NCBI GenBank assembly: GCA_963695345.1
Contig: OY968769.1
Span: 416,001-480,000 of the forward strand
Length of the DNA: 64,000 nucleotides
Origin: an uncultured Methanomassiliicoccales archaeon
GTDB taxonomy: Archaea > Thermoplasmatota > Thermoplasmata > Methanomassiliicoccales > UBA472
Reading direction: 5' to 3'
In this document: piece after piece, positions 52,626 to 63,363 of the stretch
Position numbering within the stretch: position 1 is the first letter of the stretch
Layout of the letters: every line of letters starts with the position of its first letter
Made by a program: the position numbers and the translations under genes
Notes under the pieces: generated by a model
What the model was told of the DNA's origin: nothing
What the model saw: only the letters and a program-made list of their open reading frames with translations
Databases searched by the model: none

Positions 52626-54577
52626 ATGAGGACTCGGCGGGACATGGGCATAGTCAGGCTTGGAGAGCTGCACCTCCGCTGGTGCAGACAGTGCAACGTG
52701 CCGGTCCTGGAATCCACGGAATGCGGCAATTGCCACGGAAGGACCGAACCGGTGAGCATAACACCGCCGGGCGACGTCAGGCCAGCCTTCGCCCATGACA
52801 TCGAATTCATGCGCTCCCTGGCGGAAAGGGACTTCGGACCTGGCTGCGGAAAGGCGCTCCTTCCGGAAGGCCGGATCGTCCTTCTGAACAAGGTCCCCGG
52901 GCTGGACCGGATGGAGGAGATCATCGTGGACGGCACGGTCATTGCCTCCGCCCGGTATGATCTCGGGTCCGGCTGGAAGATAATCCTCAGAGTGGCAGCT
53001 GCCAGGATGATGCAGGACGTCGCGTCCAAGGGCATAGTCGTCGCCGACGACGGGGCGGTCGCCCCGATACAGAAAAGCTCCAGCCTGATGGTGCCGGGAG
53101 TGGTGTCGGCGCTACCCGGGATCAAGAAGGGCGACGAGGTCATCGTGGTCGATTCCAGGCATTTCGCCTTTGCCACCGGAACCGCCAGGATGACCACCGA
53201 GGAGATGTCCCAGCTGGAAAAGGGGGCGGCGGTCAAGACCCGATGGGCGGACCTGCCGGCGGAAAATGTGCCTCGGACAGACCAACAGGACTGGGAGATG
53301 GTGATCAGGGCAAATTCTCCGGTGATGGAGCGCAGGATCTGGGACGCGATCAAGTTCATCAGGGAGACCACGGCGGAGTTCAAGGTCCCGGCGATAGTCT
53401 CCTTCTCCGGCGGAAAGGACAGCCTGGCAACGATGCTGTTGACCAAGGATGCCGGACTGGACCTGCCCGTCGTTCTTCATCGACACCGGGCTGGAGTTCC
53501 CGGAGACCGTTCAGTACGTCTACGATATCGCAGAACAGCTACAAACTGGAACTGATCGTGGAGCACGCGCCGGAACACGCGTTCTTCGGCAACCTCAACT
53601 ACTTCGGACCGCCCGGACGGGATTTCCGCTGGTGCTGCAAGACCAACAAGCTTGGCCCGACGGTGAAGGCCATCATGGAGCATTTCCCTGACGGTGTGCT
53701 GTCGTTCATCGGTCAGCGCAAATACGAGTCGGAGCAGAGGGCGGACAAGCCCCGCATCTGGCGGAACCCATGGACGCCGGGACAGATCGGGGCCTCGCCC
53801 ATCCAGCACTGGACGGCGCTGCATGTGTGGATCTACATCTTCATGCGCAAGGCGCCTTACAACCCCTGGTACGAGCACGGCCTGGACCGGATCGGCTGCT
53901 TCCTTTGCCCCGCCTCGGACCTGGCAGAGCTGGAACTGGTCAAGGAGGAATCGGTCCGTTCCAAGGAGTGGGACGCTTACCTCCACAGATACGCGGAATC
54001 GATCGGTCAGCCCAAGGAATGGGTGGAGCTGCGGATTGTGGCGCTGGAAGACGCATCCCCGCCTCGGTCAAGGAAGAGCTGGCCCGCACCGGCATAACCA
54101 TCCCGGAACGGCAGAGGAAAGAAATGGAGGAGACCGCCTCCAGGACTGCTGACCCTGAGGATGCAGGACGGTTTCTCGCCCTGTGTGCTTGGGTTTCAGC
54201 ATCGAGGGCGCGTTCTCCCGGAAGCTGGACCTGATGCAGGCCGCCAACCTTCTCAACATGGTCGGGGAGGTCACCGTGAACGAGGAGGAGGGCTGGTGTT
54301 CCATCGATGGACGTAACCGTCTTCGATGAGGGCGCGCTCATCGCCAAAGGGCAGTGACCAGAAGACGATAAGGGAAAAAGTGGAAAAGGTGCGCAGAGCG
54401 GTGGTCAAGGCCGAGGAATGCGTCGGTTGCGGGGTGTGTATCGCCAGATGCAAAGAGGGTGCACTTCGACTGGAGCGGGACCGGATTCACGTGATAGCCT
54501 TGAAATGCATCCATTGCGGTGGATGCATGGAACCCTGTCCAGCCATCAGCTTCGGCGACACCACCTTCGATTTTTGA
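52626..54577 (+). CDS. PAPS-reductase-family protein (Zn ribbon-PUA-PP loop-ferredoxin); several frameshifts
   Basis: WCRQCNVP, PUA domain, FSGGKDS, DTGLEFPET, RWCCKTNK, RIGCFLCP, terminal CVGCGVC/CIHCGGC. Confidence 0.88.
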
Positions 54578-54644
54578 ACGACACCCCCTTCCGATAAGAG
54601 GAAGGGGTGCGTCCACCGACGCAGTCCTCGTTTGCCCCCAGCGT

Positions 54645-55912
54645 TCAGCGCACGAAGTCGATATCGTCGTCGTTGCTGCTGCTGCCTCTGGGCTGCTGGT
54701 ACTGCTGAGGCGCCGGGGCTGGGCCCGTACTTGGGGGTGCCGCTCTCGGTGCCGGCTGGGTGTTCATTCCGCCCATTCCCCTGGCGTCGAGCATGTACTT
54801 GCTCTTGGCGCCGGTGACGATCAGCAGGATCTTGATGGTTCCCTCCAGCTCCGGGTCGATGGAACATCCCCATATGATCCGGGCCCTCTCGCTGACGGAC
54901 TGTGGTGACGATCTCGGCGGCCTTCTGGGCCTCTCCGACGGTCATGTCCGGTCCGCCGACGACACGGATCAACGCGCCCTTGGCCTGCCTTCAGGTCGAT
55001 CTCTCCCAGCATCGGGGAGGTGAGCGCCTCGTGCACCGCCGCCTTGACGCGGTCGTCCTCGTCCGTGTTGGCCTCGCCGATACCGACGAACGCCACACCG
55101 CCCTCGTTCATGACGGTCTGGATATCGGCGTAGTCCAGGTTGACCAGGCCGGGCTTGGTGATGATCTCGGTGAGTCCCTTGATGGTCTGCATCAGGACCT
55201 CATCGGCCACCTTGAACGCGGCGTCGACCGGCAGCTTCGGGACCAGCTCCAGCAGCTTGTCGTTCGGGACGACGATGGTGGTGTCGCAGACCTGCCTCAG
55301 CTTGTTGAGACCGGACAAGCGCGTTCTCCATGCGGACCGTGCCCTCGGCCTTGAAGGGAAGCGTGACGACACCGATGGTCAGCGCCCGGATCTGCTCCTT
55401 GGCGATGCTGGCGACGTAGTGTGCCGAGCCGGTGCCGGTGCCGCCGCCCATGCCTGCGGTGACGAAGACGATGTTCGCCCCGTTGAGGAAGTCCCTGATC
55501 TCGCTGTCGTTCTCGCGGGCGGACTGCCTCTCCGACCTCCGGTCTCGCGCCTGCGCCCAATCCCCTGGTCTTGGATCTTGCCGATGAGGATCTTCCTCGG
55601 GGCGCGGATGGTCAGCAGGTGCTTGGCGTCGGTGTTGATGGCGCAGAGCTGTGCCCCGCTTATGCCGGCGTCGACGCAGCGGTTGATGGTGTTGCAGCCG
55701 CCGCCGCCGCATCCGATGATCTTGATACAGACATCCAGCTGCGCGGCGATGCGGAGCAGTTCCTCGTCCGTTGCGCTCACTTGCGGCGCTGGTGCCGGTG
55801 CGGGCTGGGGCGCCGGTTGGACCGGGGCTGCCTGTTGGTTTCCTACACTTCCGTTTGCTGGCTGCTTGATTCCAGCGTTAGCTAGCGCTTCTTTTACCAA
55901 TGAACTTGGCAT
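54645..55912 (-). CDS. ftsZ: Cell division protein FtsZ; several frameshifts
   Basis: [43 protein letters not shown]-terminal DDIDFVR. Confidence 0.95.
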
Positions 55913-56029
55913 AAGTGCATCCCTCTCAATCTTAAACGTGATTCCATAATATAAATATTGCTAGGATAATTTACAAACTGGGTAGTGAGAAAAATGCGAA
56001 GTTTCGGATAATTCCTGGGGATAGGTGGG

Positions 56030-57184
56030 CTATTTCACCATGCGCATGACCACCTCAGGCCAAGTCACAAGAAGAACGCTAGGGTCGCGTTCCAACTCTC
56101 GGTAGTACTTCTGGTAGATATCCTCCGCGGCCATCGGAATGAGGTCGGAAATGAGCATCAGGGACACCAATCCAATGGTGTACACAGTGAAAAGAGCGGA
56201 AGGGTCCTGCATGGCGATGCGGGTATCGGCATTTTTCTCGTAGTAACTGGAGAACTCGTTAACCAGGAAACCGTGGAGCACTTTGAGCGAGGCGGACCGG
56301 GAATCGGTCAGCTTCGACATCGTGGTCATCTGAATGATCTCGCTCATCTTCTCGAACGCCCAGACATCCATTCCATTCAATTCGGACATCGGTATCTCCG
56401 GCCGCACCTTGATGTGCGTCCTTACAATGTCACCGATGAAAAGGAGCTCGTCGCGGATCTCGAGCTCCCGCATTCGATCATCGATCAAACCGATGGTGTA
56501 GTCGAATCTTCTATTGTGGCTGACGTTGAGAGCGGTCTTCAGGGACTCTTCGATCGAGGCCGTTGGCACACCCATCCGGTTAAGCTCGGGGATCGTCCTG
56601 AGCATCTCAGCCAGATAGTTCTTGAGGGTCTCCACGTTGCGGTATCGGAGCTTCACCAGCTCGAGGCAATGTGAGATATCCGCGATGGCCCTGACCGTTT
56701 CCCCCTCCAGGAAGGTGGTCTTGGTGGTGACCGCCAACCGCTCGATGTCGTCCACCGGTACATCCCTCTTGCGGGCGAATCCGATCAACATTATGGTCTC
56801 CTCATACAGTGCGGCATAAGGAGCTGCCTGCGGCCCCCAAAGGTCCTGGATGACGATTTTCACGCCTCGGCGTACGTCCCGGTTCATGTTCGAAACATTG
56901 TCGATGATCGCTTCCTTCCCCAGGGAGGTCTTTGATATCTCCTTGAGAAGGTTCTTGATCGACTCCTTCACCTTCTCATTGTCGCGGTCGTAGTAATGGA
57001 GAAGGACCGTCACCATCTGCTTCGGTTCGGTCTCTGCTGCCTTAAGCACTTTGGCCTCCGTCCTCTTCCTCTCCCCGGGAAAGATGGAAGCCAACGAATC
57101 AAAAAGCTCAGGATCCATCTTAGCTGCCTCCGATTCCGAGTCATCGGGACCGCTGAACAGGCTTTTGAAGGAGATCGGAGCCAT
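56030..57184 (-). CDS. Conserved-looking all-helical hypothetical protein (HEAT-like N-terminus possible)
   Basis: 384-aa intact ORF with host-like codon pattern; no recognised motif. Confidence 0.75.
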   Translation of the reverse strand: MAPISFKSLFSGPDDSESEAAKMDPELFDSLASIFPGERKRTEAKVLKAAETEPKQMVTVLLHYYDRDNEKVKESIKNLLKEISKTSLGKEAIIDNVSNMNRDVRRGVKIVIQDLWGPQAAPYAALYEETIMLIGFARKRDVPVDDIERLAVTTKTTFLEGETVRAIADISHCLELVKLRYRNVETLKNYLAEMLRTIPELNRMGVPTASIEESLKTALNVSHNRRFDYTIGLIDDRMRELEIRDELLFIGDIVRTHIKVRPEIPMSELNGMDVWAFEKMSEIIQMTTMSKLTDSRSASLKVLHGFLVNEFSSYYEKNADTRIAMQDPSALFTVYTIGLVSLMLISDLIPMAAEDIYQKYYRELERDPSVLLVTWPEVVMRMVK

Positions 57185-57227
57185 CGGAAGGATATATTCC
57201 CTCTCAGATTATATCGGTTTCCTCAGC

Positions 57228-57259
57228 CTATCGATTTTTGAAAATAAGCTATCGATTTT
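57228..57259. promoter_or_regulatory. 11-bp direct repeat CTATCGATTTT with 21-bp period; candidate operator
   Basis: Copies at 57228-57238 and 57249-57259 in a divergent promoter region. Confidence 0.45.
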
Positions 57260-57350
57260 CATATCTGGATATCACTGATTTCGTTTTCCGACATCAGGTC
57301 AAAAGATATATAATAACAGCTCGGCATATAATGCCAGACGGGTTGGCCAT

Positions 57351-57704
57351 ATGGCAGAGATTGCTCAATTCAATCTAGCGGTTGAACGCCTGCTAAAGAC
57401 ACAACATGTTGTGACGGTCTTCGTTTCATCGAGGGCCGGTGTTTTTGCCTATGGCGAAACGCCAAAGATGACCGACCGGGGAGTGTACGCCGCCATCACC
57501 TCGATGATGCTGGGAGCGGCGGAACAGATGGCCAGCGAGATGGACGAGATCCTCGACTTCGTCGTGCTGAGCATGAGCGAAAGAAAGCTTGTCGTTATCG
57601 GGGCGGGGCCGAAGCATTTGCTGGGGGTCCTGACCGACATGAGCGCGGAACCTGAGAAAATGGCAAAGACGGCGAGGGCCATCATGGCCGAAGCAATGGT
57701 CTAG
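57351..57704 (+). CDS. Roadblock/LC7 domain protein
   Basis: 117 aa; YAAITSMMLGAAEQMASEM helix followed by beta strands; GATATATAA box upstream. Confidence 0.85.
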   Translation: MAEIAQFNLAVERLLKTQHVVTVFVSSRAGVFAYGETPKMTDRGVYAAITSMMLGAAEQMASEMDEILDFVVLSMSERKLVVIGAGPKHLLGVLTDMSAEPEKMAKTARAIMAEAMV

Positions 57705-57705
57705 G

Positions 57706-58365
57706 TCACATCCTTTTCATTCCGCGACCGATCCACTCGGAAATGGCCTTTTTACCGTATCGGATCGTTGCCGGCACATCCCTGTCGGTGCCCCCCGTGG
57801 TGGATTTCCCCGAAATGAGCGCCTTCATGACCGAATCGACATCGGTGCAGCTGTCTGGAAATACCGTGTAGGATTTTCCCACCGTTTCCGGCTCATGCGA
57901 ATCGCTTCCGCCGGTGCGCGGTCTAGCCATTTTCTCGGCGAGCTTCACCGCCCTGCGGTTTCCCCCTCTCGTGGAACGGCCGTTCTGACACTCTATGGCG
58001 TCGAATCTCTGGCCGATCACGTTCGATTCCCCCAGGCCCGACCACACCCGATAGGGGTGGGCGGCAACGGCCACTCCGCCCTGGGCGTGAATGCGGTCGA
58101 TGGTATCCGCCACGGTCAGGTCCCTCGGTATTTCCTCGGAGACATTGAATGCCAAGATGTGCCCCTCCGCCGAGGAGACCTCGATTCCGGGAATGACCAG
58201 AAGGCCGCTCTTGATCGCCAGCGCCTCCTTTCCCCCGCGCGTCGAGTTGTGGTCCAATACCACCACCCCATCCATTCCTACTCTCTTGCAGGCGTCCAGT
58301 ATGTCCTGGGCTGAGCTGCACGAATCCCCGGAATAGACGGTGTGGACATGCATGTCGATTCTCAT
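57706..58365 (-). CDS. PHP-domain phosphoesterase
   Basis: DMHVHT, LDHN, PGIEVS, GH, AHP, GGSDSH. Confidence 0.92.
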   Translation of the reverse strand: MRIDMHVHTVYSGDSCSSAQDILDACKRVGMDGVVVLDHNSTRGGKEALAIKSGLLVIPGIEVSSAEGHILAFNVSEEIPRDLTVADTIDRIHAQGGVAVAAHPYRVWSGLGESNVIGQRFDAIECQNGRSTRGGNRRAVKLAEKMARPRTGGSDSHEPETVGKSYTVFPDSCTDVDSVMKALISGKSTTGGTDRDVPATIRYGKKAISEWIGRGMKRM

Positions 58366-60581
58366 TTGACCTGTGCCCCGTTCCCGATCTCACCGTCGAC
58401 CGTGATCACGACCCCCTTGGCGGTGGCCAAGGCCAGGGCCTCCTTCGCGTCGGATGACGGCAAAAGCACCACGACCTGCGCCGGAACGGCCGCCTTCTCG
58501 GGCAGCTTGACCGCCACTTTGTTGCCGATATCCACATTGCCATTCTCGACCGAACCGACCCGGATGATGAACTTCTTGAACTCATCGAAGGAGATCGACT
58601 TCTCCGAAAAGCCCATGCCTGAATCGACCGCCTCTCCCAATTCGGCGTCACCCGAAGGGGTCAGCACCAGGACCTTCCCGTCCTTCTCCGCCGCCAGCAT
58701 CATGCCGTGGGACTCCACTCCCCGAAGCTTCGCCGGTTCCAGGTTGGAGATGTAAACGACCTTCTTTCCGGTGAGCTGTTCCTTGGTGTAGTGGGCCTTA
58801 AGTCCCGCCACCAATTGAACCGGCTTTCCCGCATCCAGCTTGACCACGTATAGCTTCTCGGCGTTGGGGTGGTCTTCCACACTGATGACCTTGGCCACCC
58901 TCAGGTTGAGCTTGGTCATGGAGGCGAACGGATTCTCCACCGGTTTCTCCATGATGACCTTGGAGAACAACGGCTTCGGTTCCGCCAGCTTCGTCCCCGG
59001 CTGGAGCGGTACCTCGACCTGGGTCCAGGACCCCTGCCCCAGAGGAACGTCGTTGCCGAGCATCTTCCAGACCTTCTGGGAGCTGTTGGGCAAGTACGGC
59101 CATGCCAGTACCGCCAGGGCCTTGACGATCTCCATATTGAGGTTCAGAACCGATCCGCACTTCGCCTTGTCGCTCTTCAACAGTGCCCATGGCGCCACCG
59201 AATCGAAGAAACGGTTGCCGAACTGCGCCAGGTCCATGATCGACTTGAGCGCCCGTTTGAACTGGCAGGTGGACAGATAAAGGTCGACCTCGTCCCTCGC
59301 CAGGACAATGGCGTCGCGTACCTCCTGCCTCTCCTTCTCGGCATCCTCCGGTCTCATCTCCGGTATCTGTCCGAAGTTCTTCTGGGTGAAGGAGAGGACG
59401 CGGTGCACGTAGTTGCCGTAGGTGGCGACAAGCTCATTGTTCACCTTGGTCTCGAATTCCTCCCAGTTGAAGTCCGCGTCCCGCTGCTCCGGCATGTTTG
59501 CCCCGAGGAAGTATCGAACCACATCCGCGTCGAATTGCTTCAGGATGTCCTGGACATCGATGCCGATACCCCTGCTCTTGGAGAACTTCTCCCCCTGGAA
59601 GTTCAGGAACTCATTGGCGGGCACATCATATGGCAGGTTCAATCCTCCATAGCCCATCAGCATCGCCGGCCAGATTATGGTGTGGAAGGGGATGTTGTCC
59701 TTACCGATGAAATAGTATGATCTGACATCTGGATCCTCCCAGAACTCCCTCCAGTAGTCCGGTTTCCCGATGATCTTGGAGTACTCCTTGGAGGCGGACA
59801 GGTATCCGATGACCGCCTCGAACCAAACATAGATGACCTTCTCGTTCATGCCTGGCACTGGCACCGTCACTCCCCAGGACATGTCCCGGGTGATGGCCCG
59901 GTCCTTCAGCCCCGCCTCGAGCCAGTTCTGTGTGAACAGCTTCACGTTGGTGCGCCAATGTTCCTTTTCCTTGACCCATCGGATCAACGGCTGCTGGAAC
60001 GCCGATAGCTTGAGGAAATAGTGGTCGGTCTCCCTCAGTTCCGGGGTCGTCCCGCAAACGGTGCACCGGGGATTTCCGAGCTCGCCCGCCTCATAGGTGG
60101 CCCCGCATTTCTCACACTGGTCGCCCCGGGCGCGGTCATCCCCGCATTTCTTGCAGCGGCCCTCCACGTACCGATCGGGAAGGAACTTACCGCATTTGGG
60201 GCAATAATACTGCAGTGCGCCCTGCCGGTAGAGATAGCCGTGCTCCATCAGCTTGTTGAAGACGTCGTGGACCACATCGAAATGATTCTGCGTCGTGGTC
60301 TTTGTGAACAGGGAGAAGTTGATGCCGAGGTCTTCGATGGCCTTCTTGTTGATGCGATGGTAGCGCTCCGCCACCTCCTCCGGAGTGGTCTTCTCCTTCT
60401 CGGCCCTGACGGTGATGGGCGTTCCATGCATGTCCGAGCCGGACACCATGAGGACCTCATTTCCCTTGAGAGAGTGATATTTTGCGAATACATCAGGGGG
60501 CAGGAGGGATCCTGCCACATGTCCGAGATGAAGCGGGCTGTTGGCGTAGGGCCAAGCAACGCAGACCAGTACTTTTACCAT
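58362..60581 (-). CDS. metG: Methionyl-tRNA synthetase
   Basis: WPYAN..LHLGH, Zn knuckles, YVWFEA, GKDN, KFSKS, C-terminal Trbp111-like domains. Confidence 0.97.
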   Translation of the reverse strand: MVKVLVCVAWPYANSPLHLGHVAGSLLPPDVFAKYHSLKGNEVLMVSGSDMHGTPITVRAEKEKTTPEEVAERYHRINKKAIEDLGINFSLFTKTTTQNHFDVVHDVFNKLMEHGYLYRQGALQYYCPKCGKFLPDRYVEGRCKKCGDDRARGDQCEKCGATYEAGELGNPRCTVCGTTPELRETDHYFLKLSAFQQPLIRWVKEKEHWRTNVKLFTQNWLEAGLKDRAITRDMSWGVTVPVPGMNEKVIYVWFEAVIGYLSASKEYSKIIGKPDYWREFWEDPDVRSYYFIGKDNIPFHTIIWPAMLMGYGGLNLPYDVPANEFLNFQGEKFSKSRGIGIDVQDILKQFDADVVRYFLGANMPEQRDADFNWEEFETKVNNELVATYGNYVHRVLSFTQKNFGQIPEMRPEDAEKERQEVRDAIVLARDEVDLYLSTCQFKRALKSIMDLAQFGNRFFDSVAPWALLKSDKAKCGSVLNLNMEIVKALAVLAWPYLPNSSQKVWKMLGNDVPLGQGSWTQVEVPLQPGTKLAEPKPLFSKVIMEKPVENPFASMTKLNLRVAKVISVEDHPNAEKLYVVKLDAGKPVQLVAGLKAHYTKEQLTGKKVVYISNLEPAKLRGVESHGMMLAAEKDGKVLVLTPSGDAELGEAVDSGMGFSEKSISFDEFKKFIIRVGSVENGNVDIGNKVAVKLPEKAAVPAQVVVLLPSSDAKEALALATAKGVVITVDGEIGNGAQVK

Positions 60582-60791
60582 AATATCGAGGGTCAGAATG
60601 TCAGAACATCGATTTAAGCGTTCAGTGGGCCAGTTTGGGATTGGACGGTCCAAGTTTTCTCCCAAGAGGGAAAATGATGGCGGGCACTGCTCTATGAACT
60701 CCGGCTCTGGACGCACGACCTTCTCATCCCTTCCCGCCAACCACCGCTGTGATGGACAGCTTTTTATCAAGGTTCCATATTGCTGAGTACC

Positions 60792-62579
60792 ATGCGCATA
60801 GCTGCCGTCCTGAAGGACCGTTGCCAGACCAAGAAGTGCAATACCGAGTGCATCAAGTATTGCCCCAAGGTCAGGACCGGGGTCCAGGCAATCTGGCTCA
60901 ACGATTCATCCAAGGCCGAGATATCGGAGGAGCTGTGCGTTGGCTGCGGAATATGCGTTCACAAATGCCCTTTCACCGCCATCAAGATCATCGGTCTGCC
61001 GGACGAACTGAAGGAGGACATGGTGCACCAGTACGGGGAGAACGCCTTCCGGCTCTACCGGTTGCCCACCCCCAAGACCGGACAGGTTACTGGTATCCTT
61101 GGTCCGAACGGAATCGGCAAATCCACATCATTCAAGCTGCTTTCCGGCGAGATCGTTCCCAATCTCGGCCGCTTCGATAACCCTCCATCTAAGGAAGAAG
61201 TGCTGGCCCATTTTGCGGGGACCGAACTGCATGACTATCTGGTCAAGGTCTACACCAAGGGTTTCAAGACATCGATGAAACCGCAGTATGTGGACAAACT
61301 GCCCTCGGTGGTCAAAGGACCGGTGCGCGACCTTCTTTCCAAGGTCCAGGAAAGAATGAAACTGGACGAGGCGGTCAAGCTTCTGGAGCTGGAAGAGGCG
61401 ATAACCCGCAATATGACCGAACTATCCGGCGGTGAGCTTCAGCGCGTGGCCATCGCCGCCACCATCATGAAGGACTCGGACATCTATTTCTTCGACGAAC
61501 CATCGTCCTATCTGGACATCTACCAGAGGATGAAGGTGGCGAGGATCATCGAGAAGCTGGCCGAGGAGAAGATGGTGATCGTCATCGAGCACGATCTGGC
61601 CATACTCGACTTCCTGGCGGACAATGTCTATCTGGTCTTCGGCTCCGAGGGGGCCTACGGCATATTCGCTCAGCCGCGTCAGGTCCGCTCCGCGATCAAC
61701 GTCTATCTGGACGGGTACGCGAAAGAGGAGAACATCCGGTTCCGGGACACCCCGATCCGGTTCGAATCGCACCCGCCCCGCGAATCCTTCCAGTCCATGA
61801 ATCTCCTGGAATATCCTGGGCTGGAGATGGCCTACCCCACGTTCAAGCTCAAGGTGGACCCTGGCTCCATCAAGGTGGGAGAGACCGTGGGCATCGTCGG
61901 TCCCAATGGCATAGGAAAGACGACTTTCGTGAAAATGCTGGCCGGAGTGGCCGAACCGACCTCCGGGAAGGTGGAGCAACAGGTGAAGGTGAGCTATAAG
62001 CCGCAGTACATCTCCCCGGACTTCGACGGATCGGTCTCGGACCTGTTCAACACCTACGTCAAGGACTTCTTCGAGTCCGGGTTCTTCCAGACCGAGATCC
62101 AGCACCCGCTGACGCTGAAGCCGTTGCTGGAGAAGAACGTCAAGAACCTCTCCGGAGGTGAGCTCCAGAGGACGGCCATCGCACTGTGCCTGGCACGAGA
62201 GGCGGACATCTACCTGCTGGACGAACCCTCGGCCTACCTGGATTCCAACCAGAGGATGGAGGCGGCCAAGACCATCCGCCGGGTCATGGAGAAGAAGGGC
62301 CGGTCAGCGATGGTCGTTGACCATGACATATATTTCCTGGACATGGTGTCCGATTCGATGATGGTGTTCGACGGCGTCCCCGGACAGAGCGGCCACGGAA
62401 AGGGGCCTTTCGACATGCGCGGGGGCATGAACATGTTCCTCCAGCAGGTGGATGTGACGTTCCGGCGCGACAATGACACGAACCGTCCCAGGATCAATAA
62501 ACCTGGTTCCAGGCTGGATAGGGAGCAGAAGTCTGCCGGGGAGTACTATTACTTCAAGGAACTGCAGAAAAAGGATTGA
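60792..62579 (+). CDS. ABCE1/RLI ribosome recycling ATPase
   Basis: N-terminal 2x[4Fe-4S] Cys pattern, two ABC domains, TFRRD...RPRINK. Confidence 0.96.
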   Translation: MRIAAVLKDRCQTKKCNTECIKYCPKVRTGVQAIWLNDSSKAEISEELCVGCGICVHKCPFTAIKIIGLPDELKEDMVHQYGENAFRLYRLPTPKTGQVTGILGPNGIGKSTSFKLLSGEIVPNLGRFDNPPSKEEVLAHFAGTELHDYLVKVYTKGFKTSMKPQYVDKLPSVVKGPVRDLLSKVQERMKLDEAVKLLELEEAITRNMTELSGGELQRVAIAATIMKDSDIYFFDEPSSYLDIYQRMKVARIIEKLAEEKMVIVIEHDLAILDFLADNVYLVFGSEGAYGIFAQPRQVRSAINVYLDGYAKEENIRFRDTPIRFESHPPRESFQSMNLLEYPGLEMAYPTFKLKVDPGSIKVGETVGIVGPNGIGKTTFVKMLAGVAEPTSGKVEQQVKVSYKPQYISPDFDGSVSDLFNTYVKDFFESGFFQTEIQHPLTLKPLLEKNVKNLSGGELQRTAIALCLAREADIYLLDEPSAYLDSNQRMEAAKTIRRVMEKKGRSAMVVDHDIYFLDMVSDSMMVFDGVPGQSGHGKGPFDMRGGMNMFLQQVDVTFRRDNDTNRPRINKPGSRLDREQKSAGEYYYFKELQKKD

Positions 62580-62606
62580 ACAGGGCCGGAGATATATCCG
62601 ACCGCC

Positions 62607-63245
62607 TCAGTCGACCTTGCAGTATTCTTCCCTGGCTTTCAGCCTCTTTCTCCTGCGTAGGTACCACCATGCCACCAAGACCCCGAAGGCGACCACGATA
62701 AGGATGTCCGCCTGCCTGAACCAGACCTCTAAGGTATCCCAGTTCTCGCCCAGAGCGTAACCGACATACGCCAATGCCAGGCACCAGATGGCCGACCCCA
62801 ATGTCGTCAGGATGACGAACTTCTTGAAATCCATCCGGGCCATCCCGGCCGGGAGGGAGATGAAAGTGCGGACGATGGGCATGACCCTGGTCAAGAATAT
62901 CATCACGGTACCGTATTTCTTGAACCATCTCTCTGTAGCATCCAGATGGCCCTCGTTCAGGAAGATGTACTTGCCGTACTTGCATATGAATGGCCTGCCT
63001 CCCTTCATTCCCGCCCAATAGGCCAGCATTGAGCCGGCGGTGCAACCGAACGTTCCAGCCAAGCCGACGATGATCCAGTCCATCTTGCCCTCGAAGGCCA
63101 GCCATCCCCCGAAAGGAAGGATGACCTCACTGGGTATGGGTATGCACATGCTCTCCAGGGCCATGAGCAAGAATATTCCGCCATAGCCACCGAGTTCGAT
63201 GAGCTGCTTGACCAGCTCTATCCCCCATTCGATTATTCCCATCAT
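62607..63245 (-). CDS. DedA family membrane protein
   Basis: LESMCIPIPSE, RVMPIVRTFISLPAG. Confidence 0.93.
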   Translation of the reverse strand: MMGIIEWGIELVKQLIELGGYGGIFLLMALESMCIPIPSEVILPFGGWLAFEGKMDWIIVGLAGTFGCTAGSMLAYWAGMKGGRPFICKYGKYIFLNEGHLDATERWFKKYGTVMIFLTRVMPIVRTFISLPAGMARMDFKKFVILTTLGSAIWCLALAYVGYALGENWDTLEVWFRQADILIVVAFGVLVAWWYLRRRKRLKAREEYCKVD

Positions 63246-63363
63246 TCAGGGCAACAAAGAGGGCACGTATAAACATATGCGATTGATTTCTGAGGGACCT
63301 TTGAAGGAACGAAACACAGCAAACGATAGATATCCGTTCGTGCAATAATCGCCGGGAGAGCAT

